A stretch of 64,000 nt of DNA from Thermoplasmatales archaeon SG8-52-3. Lineage in GTDB: Archaea > Thermoplasmatota > E2 > DHVEG-1. The stretch spans positions 23,142 to 87,141 of the forward strand of contig LSSG01000032.1 in NCBI GenBank assembly GCA_001595915.1. The letters run 5' to 3'. The notes below the pieces were generated by a model that worked only from the letters and a program-made list of their open reading frames with translations, was not told the origin of the DNA and searched no databases. Position 1 is the stretch's first letter, and every line of letters begins with the position of its first letter. Both the position numbers and the translations under genes were made by a program. Below, piece after piece: positions 58,751 through 64,000 of this stretch.

Positions 58751-59381
58751 TTGTCTTCTCCCCTGCCTTTACCATTTCTCCTCTTTTAACTAAGATTTTT
58801 TTTATTTTTTTTATTGGTAAATACACATCTACCCTAGAACCAAATTTTATTATTCCTATCTTTTCACCCTTTTTCACCTTGTTTCCTTTTTCAATATATG
58901 GAACAATACGACGAGCTAATGTCCCTGCAATCTGTATTATTTTTATTAAGCCAATTTTTGTTTCAGCTATAATTATTACTCTTTCATTTTTTTCTGATTC
59001 TTTTTTAAATGCAGGAAGATGAAATCCAGATTTATGAACAATATTTTTAATATTACCATCCATGGGCATTCGATTAACATGAACATTATATACATTCATA
59101 AATGTAGAAATTCTGGTACATTCTCCAACATCGCTATCTTTTAAGTTGCAGGTTTCTCTAATTCTTCCATCAGCACATGCAACAATATCTGGTCCGATAA
59201 ACCTGTCAGGATCTCTGAAAAAGATTATCATAAGAATTGTTATTAGAAAAGTAATCAATGATAAAAAAAGAAATATCGCACTAGTAACCTTATCTGTGAT
59301 AAAAATAAATAAGATTAAAAAAAAGATAAATAGAATAAAAGGACTAAGAATCCAAAACTTTGAACCTTTAGCAATATTCAT
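58731..59381 (-). CDS. psd: Phosphatidyl/archaetidylserine decarboxylase proenzyme
   Basis: FFRDPDR, NVHVNRMP, NER and KFGSRVD self-cleavage motif. Confidence 0.93.
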   Translation of the reverse strand: MNIAKGSKFWILSPFILFIFFLILFIFITDKVTSAIFLFLSLITFLITILMIIFFRDPDRFIGPDIVACADGRIRETCNLKDSDVGECTRISTFMNVYNVHVNRMPMDGNIKNIVHKSGFHLPAFKKESEKNERVIIIAETKIGLIKIIQIAGTLARRIVPYIEKGNKVKKGEKIGIIKFGSRVDVYLPIKKIKKILVKRGEMVKAGEKTIAKIND

Positions 59382-59382
59382 A

Positions 59383-60312
59383 TTATATTTTTCTCCAAAC
59401 TTTTTCTAATAATCTTTCAAATGGTCCTTTTCTTTTGTAAAGGTCTGTAATACTTATTATTTCATCAAAAATCTCAGGAAGGATTTTAATGACTATGAAC
59501 AATAAGATAATCAATGCAATAAGGCTTCCTCCTTTTCCAATTATATTATGTGCTGTACTAAAAAATTCGGTACCATATTCACCTGTCAGATAAATTACAA
59601 GCGCATTTCTTATTAAATTCAAAAAGTATATTGGTAAAACTGTTACTAAAAGTCCATATGATTTCCTGGTTATACTTACATTTGAAAGTGGTAGTATCAT
59701 ACCAACAAAAAGTACTATTGACTGAACTGCTGTGCATGCAAATATTAGTGATATAACAGCTTCTTTGTAGCTAATGTATACTCCCTCTATAATCACTCCA
59801 CCTGTGAAAAAATTAAGTAGTCCTCCACTTTGAGAAGCAACAATTAATCTTAATTCCATTGCTAACGGTGTTAATTCAATACCAAAATAAATTATTCCAG
59901 CAATTGCTGCAACTCCGGCTGCCCAATTCAAACAATTTAATTCTTTAAATCCTTTTATTGATAACCATTCATGATAAGCTAAATAAAAAAGTATAAAAAC
60001 CCCAATAATTGCAATAAAAGCATTAACAAAGTCTCCGTCTTCACCAAAATAAAGTGTATTAGGTTGAGTAGACCAGTAAAATGCAAAAAGAAACCATCCT
60101 GATATTTTTATCGTACTGCTCAATTTTTTCTTTTTTATTAAAAATCCTATTAATAAAATTACTAGACTACTAAATAGAGGAATTGATAAAAAAAACTCAG
60201 TATCTTCTGATAAAGGATAATTAAATAAAAAAATTCCAAAAATTACAAGAATTAATGGAATTATAAAAAATAATGATGATATAATCTTATCTAAAGTATT
60301 AAATTTCTCCAT
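59383..60312 (-). CDS. artA: Archaeosortase (exosortase family, ArtA-like)
   Basis: Multi-TM with catalytic Cys (FACTAVQS), Arg (LNLIRN) and His (AHNIIGK). Confidence 0.85.
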   Translation of the reverse strand: MEKFNTLDKIISSLFFIIPLILVIFGIFLFNYPLSEDTEFFLSIPLFSSLVILLIGFLIKKKKLSSTIKISGWFLFAFYWSTQPNTLYFGEDGDFVNAFIAIIGVFILFYLAYHEWLSIKGFKELNCLNWAAGVAAIAGIIYFGIELTPLAMELRLIVASQSGGLLNFFTGGVIIEGVYISYKEAVISLIFACTAVQSIVLFVGMILPLSNVSITRKSYGLLVTVLPIYFLNLIRNALVIYLTGEYGTEFFSTAHNIIGKGGSLIALIILLFIVIKILPEIFDEIISITDLYKRKGPFERLLEKVWRKI

Positions 60313-60372
60313 AACTTAATCTAGCTCCCTTGAATGATAAAATCATTTAAGTTTGTTATGTTATTGATTTCT

Positions 60373-61461
60373 TTAGATAAAACCAAGTAACTCTGCTATC
60401 TTAGGCCACCCATAGCTCTCCATCATTGTTCCATCCCACATTATACATATCAACCCAACAAGAGCAATAAGTGTTAAAGGAACCCAATAAGTATATACTA
60501 TCTGATCAATTTTTAAACGTGCGACTGCAACTCGAATGAGGGTCACTGAAAATATTATTATTATAAGTATCTTAATCAGGAAGAATGTGAAATCTATTAT
60601 GTATGCAGGGTAGCTTTCTAAACCAAATAACGGTGATAGATTATATGGGAAAAACAATGCAACAATAATTGATGCCATAACTACTGTTTTTACAGCATCC
60701 GTAAGATAAAACATTGCCAGATTTCTACCTGAATATTCCACAAGTAAACCACCACCTATCTCGGTTTCAGCTTCTGGAGCATCAAAAGGAATTTTTGAAA
60801 GTTCAGCAGGAGTCACGACAATCAATACAATTAATAATAGTATCAATCCAATTAATCCAAGAGGACCAACTGCATTCCAAATTGGATTTGCTGTAATTGC
60901 TGTTAAGGTAAATGCATTTTCAACACCTAATCCACCTGCGGCAAAGCTACCTAATTTCCAAGCAACTGTTATTATTATTATTGCAAGAGGAAATTCATAA
61001 GCAATCATTGTTGCCATCTCTCTTTGTGCACCTACTGTTGCATATGGTGAACCAGAGGCAAAACCACCAATAACAAGAGCAAGTGATGGAATCATTAGAA
61101 GATATAATATTAAAATTAGATCACCAAATATGATTTCTCCCTCAACAGATGCCAATGGTTGAAAACCACCTATAGGAAGATAAAGAAGAATTGATATTGT
61201 ACCTACAAGACCAATGAGTGGCGCAAGGTTAAACACCCAGGGAACTGCATTTTCTGGAATTATATTTTCCTTTGTAAATAACTTTCCAACGTCTCTGAAT
61301 GGTTGACGTAATGGAGGTCCAATTCTACCTTGCATGTGTGCAGATATTTTTCTGTCTATACCTTTATATATTAGACCAAAGAAAATCCCAAAAAAAGCAA
61401 GAGCAACTGTACTAAGTATAATAATCATTACCGTTCTAATTATTTGTTCTAACTCAAGCAC
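60373..61461 (-). CDS. NuoH/MbhM-like membrane subunit
   Basis: DRKISAHMQGRIGPP, PFD.PEAE.E...EYSG and RLKIDQ motifs. Confidence 0.9.
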   Translation of the reverse strand: MLELEQIIRTVMIIILSTVALAFFGIFFGLIYKGIDRKISAHMQGRIGPPLRQPFRDVGKLFTKENIIPENAVPWVFNLAPLIGLVGTISILLYLPIGGFQPLASVEGEIIFGDLILILYLLMIPSLALVIGGFASGSPYATVGAQREMATMIAYEFPLAIIIITVAWKLGSFAAGGLGVENAFTLTAITANPIWNAVGPLGLIGLILLLIVLIVVTPAELSKIPFDAPEAETEIGGGLLVEYSGRNLAMFYLTDAVKTVVMASIIVALFFPYNLSPLFGLESYPAYIIDFTFFLIKILIIIIFSVTLIRVAVARLKIDQIVYTYWVPLTLIALVGLICIMWDGTMMESYGWPKIAELLGFI

Positions 61462-61818
61462 TTAGATCACCCCCAGTATTATAAAGAAAATTCCAAGTAT
61501 AATAACAAACCATAGGATGTAATCACTAACATTTCCCGTATGCATCTTTTCAAGTCCGTTATATAGCCATTTAAATGATTCCATAAATCCCCAGTATACA
61601 TTACTTGCCTTGACATGCATTTCTTCCTTTTCTAGCTCTGGATTTCCAGATAAAAAGACCTTTGTTTGTTCAGTTTGTTTTTTATATTCTTTTTTACCCC
61701 GACCACGAATAATATAAGCAATTAAAAGAGCAATAAAAATTATTATACCCCATATTAATGGATTCCAAAAACCACTATTGGTTGCTAATGTTCTTAGGAA
61801 ATCTTGAATCTCTATCAT
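61462..61818 (-). CDS. MbhI-like membrane subunit
   Basis: TM, FLSGN, HTG.VSDY..W, TM; position after the MnhD-like gene. Confidence 0.75.
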   Translation of the reverse strand: MIEIQDFLRTLATNSGFWNPLIWGIIIFIALLIAYIIRGRGKKEYKKQTEQTKVFLSGNPELEKEEMHVKASNVYWGFMESFKWLYNGLEKMHTGNVSDYILWFVIILGIFFIILGVI

Positions 61819-61820
61819 GG

Positions 61821-63425
61821 TTAAATTCCTCCTATAACATTACTTATATAATTCGAGTTATTAGTAAGGGCATTGACCGCTGGTTGTACAATGTAATTAA
61901 CAACCATATCTGGGAATAAACCAATAAATATTATTATAGTTGCAATAATTCCCATAGCAAGAAGCATGCTTTTTGGTACTTCCTTTACATTGTCAAATTT
62001 AGGTAATTTTGGCCCTAAAAATGCTGAATGAAATACTTTTACAAATACTGCAAGAAGAAGTATACTGCATAAAATGGCTATAATTGATAAGATAGGATTT
62101 ACTTGATAAGTGGATTCATAAATTATTAATTTGGAAGCAAAACCATTCATTGGTGGCATGCCTGAAACAGCAAGAAGACCTATCAAGAAAAATATTGTTG
62201 TGTATTTCATATTTCTTGCAAGACCTCCTAGTTGGTTTAATGATGTTTCCTTTGTTGCATAATAAATTGCTCCAGCTACGAGAAACAGAAGTCCAACATC
62301 AAGTGCATCGTTTAATATATGAAATACTCCACCTTTCAATGCCATCATTCCAGTTCCAGCATCGTTTGTTGAAAACACTGTTGTTAGAGCTGCACCAATT
62401 GCAAGAATCATATAGCCGATTTCAGCTACTGCTGCAAAGGCTATCATCCTTTTGAAATTGTTTTCTTTAAGAGCCATCAATACTCCAATAAATATTGTGA
62501 GAAGAGCAAGTCCAACAATAAATATCCCTAAAACTAGGTTAAGATCTATACTCACATCTCCAATTTGGTTCATGGTGGTTGTAAGCTTCCCTCCGTATAA
62601 TGTAAAAATCATTCTTAATGCACCATATAGGCTTGCTTGAGTAACACCTACTAATATTAGGGTAACTGATGCTGGAGCACGACCGTATGCATCCGGAAGC
62701 CACATATGCATAGGTACAATTCCTGCCTTCATTGCAAGACCTGAAATAAGAATTACAAGTGCTATTTTATCCAAGAATGAAAACTGGATTTTACTAGCTA
62801 GCACTGCCATATTTAATGCATTATATTGTCCATAAAGTATAGCAATTGCAAATAAAACAAAGAGAGCGCCAGTTGCACTTACTACAATATATTTAAACCC
62901 TGCATCAATAGCCTTTCCCTTATTTGTCCAAAATGCAATAAGAGCACAGGATGCAATTGATGTAATTTCAAGAAATACAAAGAAGTTGAACATATCACCA
63001 GTTAGAATCATACCATACATCCCTGCAATCATTAGAAGGTAAAGAGTATAGTATTTGTCAAGTCCAGTGTTTTCTTTCATAAAAGCCCAGGAATAAATTA
63101 CTCCTGCTATAGCTAAAATTGTGGCAATTAATGCCATGAAGATGTTTAGACCATCAACTTCAAAAAGAATTCTTATTGCAAAACCACCTTCTGTAATTGG
63201 TGCATTTCCACCAAATACATAGGTATGAATTTTTCCGCATACTAAATAAATGTCATTTGCCAGAAGTAGAACAATTGCACTAGTGAAAAGTACAATAAAA
63301 ATCACAAAAATATTTCTTAATTTATCATTTATTTTACTTACTAGTGGTGTTAGAAAAGCGCCAAGTAGAGGAATAGCAACTATTAATGCTGGGGAATGAA
63401 GAATTATATCATCAATTATGTTCAT
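61821..63425 (-). CDS. MnhD/MbhH proton-conducting antiporter-like subunit
   Basis: DMFNFFVFLEI, KAGIVPMHMWLPDAY and GMPPMNGFASK motifs. Confidence 0.92.
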   Translation of the reverse strand: MNIIDDIILHSPALIVAIPLLGAFLTPLVSKINDKLRNIFVIFIVLFTSAIVLLLANDIYLVCGKIHTYVFGGNAPITEGGFAIRILFEVDGLNIFMALIATILAIAGVIYSWAFMKENTGLDKYYTLYLLMIAGMYGMILTGDMFNFFVFLEITSIASCALIAFWTNKGKAIDAGFKYIVVSATGALFVLFAIAILYGQYNALNMAVLASKIQFSFLDKIALVILISGLAMKAGIVPMHMWLPDAYGRAPASVTLILVGVTQASLYGALRMIFTLYGGKLTTTMNQIGDVSIDLNLVLGIFIVGLALLTIFIGVLMALKENNFKRMIAFAAVAEIGYMILAIGAALTTVFSTNDAGTGMMALKGGVFHILNDALDVGLLFLVAGAIYYATKETSLNQLGGLARNMKYTTIFFLIGLLAVSGMPPMNGFASKLIIYESTYQVNPILSIIAILCSILLLAVFVKVFHSAFLGPKLPKFDNVKEVPKSMLLAMGIIATIIIFIGLFPDMVVNYIVQPAVNALTNNSNYISNVIGGI

Positions 63426-63766
63426 TCTTGTTCCCTCCCAATTTTATGTGCATCTAATGTGTTGTAATGTCTATATAAATGAATAATAAGTGACAACATT
63501 AAGGCAAGAACAGCGACACCAATAACAATACTTGTTAGTGTTAATGCATGGGGAACAGGTAGAGACATAATTTGATTTTGACCTTCACGATAGATTGGTG
63601 CTATGCTACCTTCTCTAAAAGCAAGTGTGATTAAAAAAAGGTTTACACCATTTTCAATAAGTGTGATACCAATTACAATTTTTATTAGATTTCGCTTAAA
63701 TATTACAGCGTAAAGACCAATTAATATCAATGCAGCTACTGCAATGTAGGGAATATTATAAATCAT
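63422..63766 (-). CDS. MnhC/MbhG subunit
   Basis: NLIKIVIG and PVPHALTLTSIVIG motifs. Confidence 0.9.
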   Translation of the reverse strand: MIYNIPYIAVAALILIGLYAVIFKRNLIKIVIGITLIENGVNLFLITLAFREGSIAPIYREGQNQIMSLPVPHALTLTSIVIGVAVLALMLSLIIHLYRHYNTLDAHKIGREQE

Positions 63767-63767
63767 T

Positions 63768-64000
63768 TTATTTTCCCTCCTTTATTCTTGTTGCATATGC
63801 CATAACAAGAACGATTGCAAAAAGTCCTGCAATAACCTTCAATCCAACTGCAAAGTTCATAAGAGGTATAACTCCCGCTGTATTGATATTTGCAAGTCCA
63901 GCACCTATTTCATTAAATAATGGGATTTCATTTTGATTTATTAAAAAATTATTGAAGAAATTTCCTTGAAAACTTGAGTAAATAAAGACCATTAATATAC
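63768..64000 (-). CDS. MnhB/MbhF subunit, C-terminal part (5' end outside the window)
   Basis: AGVIPLMNFAVGLKV motif. Confidence 0.8.
   Translation of the reverse strand, partial: ILMVFIYSSFQGNFFNNFLINQNEIPLFNEIGAGLANINTAGVIPLMNFAVGLKVIAGLFAIVLVMAYATRIKEGK

Noticed and set aside
2990..63936. Numerous short antisense or nested ORFs in the track (for example 2990..3262, 15738..16121, 41786..42130, 52919..53221, 62150..62455)
   Set aside because: They lie within well-supported genes and have no motifs; treated as shadow ORFs.
1..64000. CRISPR array, tRNA, rRNA, transposase or integrase
   Set aside because: No spaced repeat series, no GC-rich cloverleaf or rRNA-like tract, and no recognisable mobile-element ORF.

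Overview
AT-rich archaeal chromosomal window. The gene content (archaeal TyrRS, Trm1, archaeosortase, Mrp/Mbh membrane arm, many secreted PKD/Ig-domain proteins) suggests an uncultured Thermoplasmatota lineage such as MBG-D/Thermoprofundales; this is an inference. I found no rRNA, tRNA, CRISPR array or transposase. Main blocks in order: end of a glycosylation/methyltransferase cluster; an Aeropyrum-type mevalonate operon with an LpdD-like gene and an apparent ATA start codon; carAB; an operon of HD protein, CitF, citryl-CoA lyase and a fused aconitase-family hydratase, with no citrate-lyase ACP or beta subunit; a nine-gene YbjQ/hydrolase/ABC operon with an RHH-zinc-ribbon gene and a phased triple-repeat operator; several secreted proteins sharing an amphipathic 'ERFP-like' C-terminal tail; tyrS and purB; an unfused purN-folC...prd-folP folate module followed by arsM; an archaeosortase-psd-pssA operon; and the 3' part of an Mrp/Mbh membrane cluster. 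Several intergenic hairpins, unannotated small ORFs and two probable pseudogenes are also present. All family calls are from motif recognition by eye; no database search was run.
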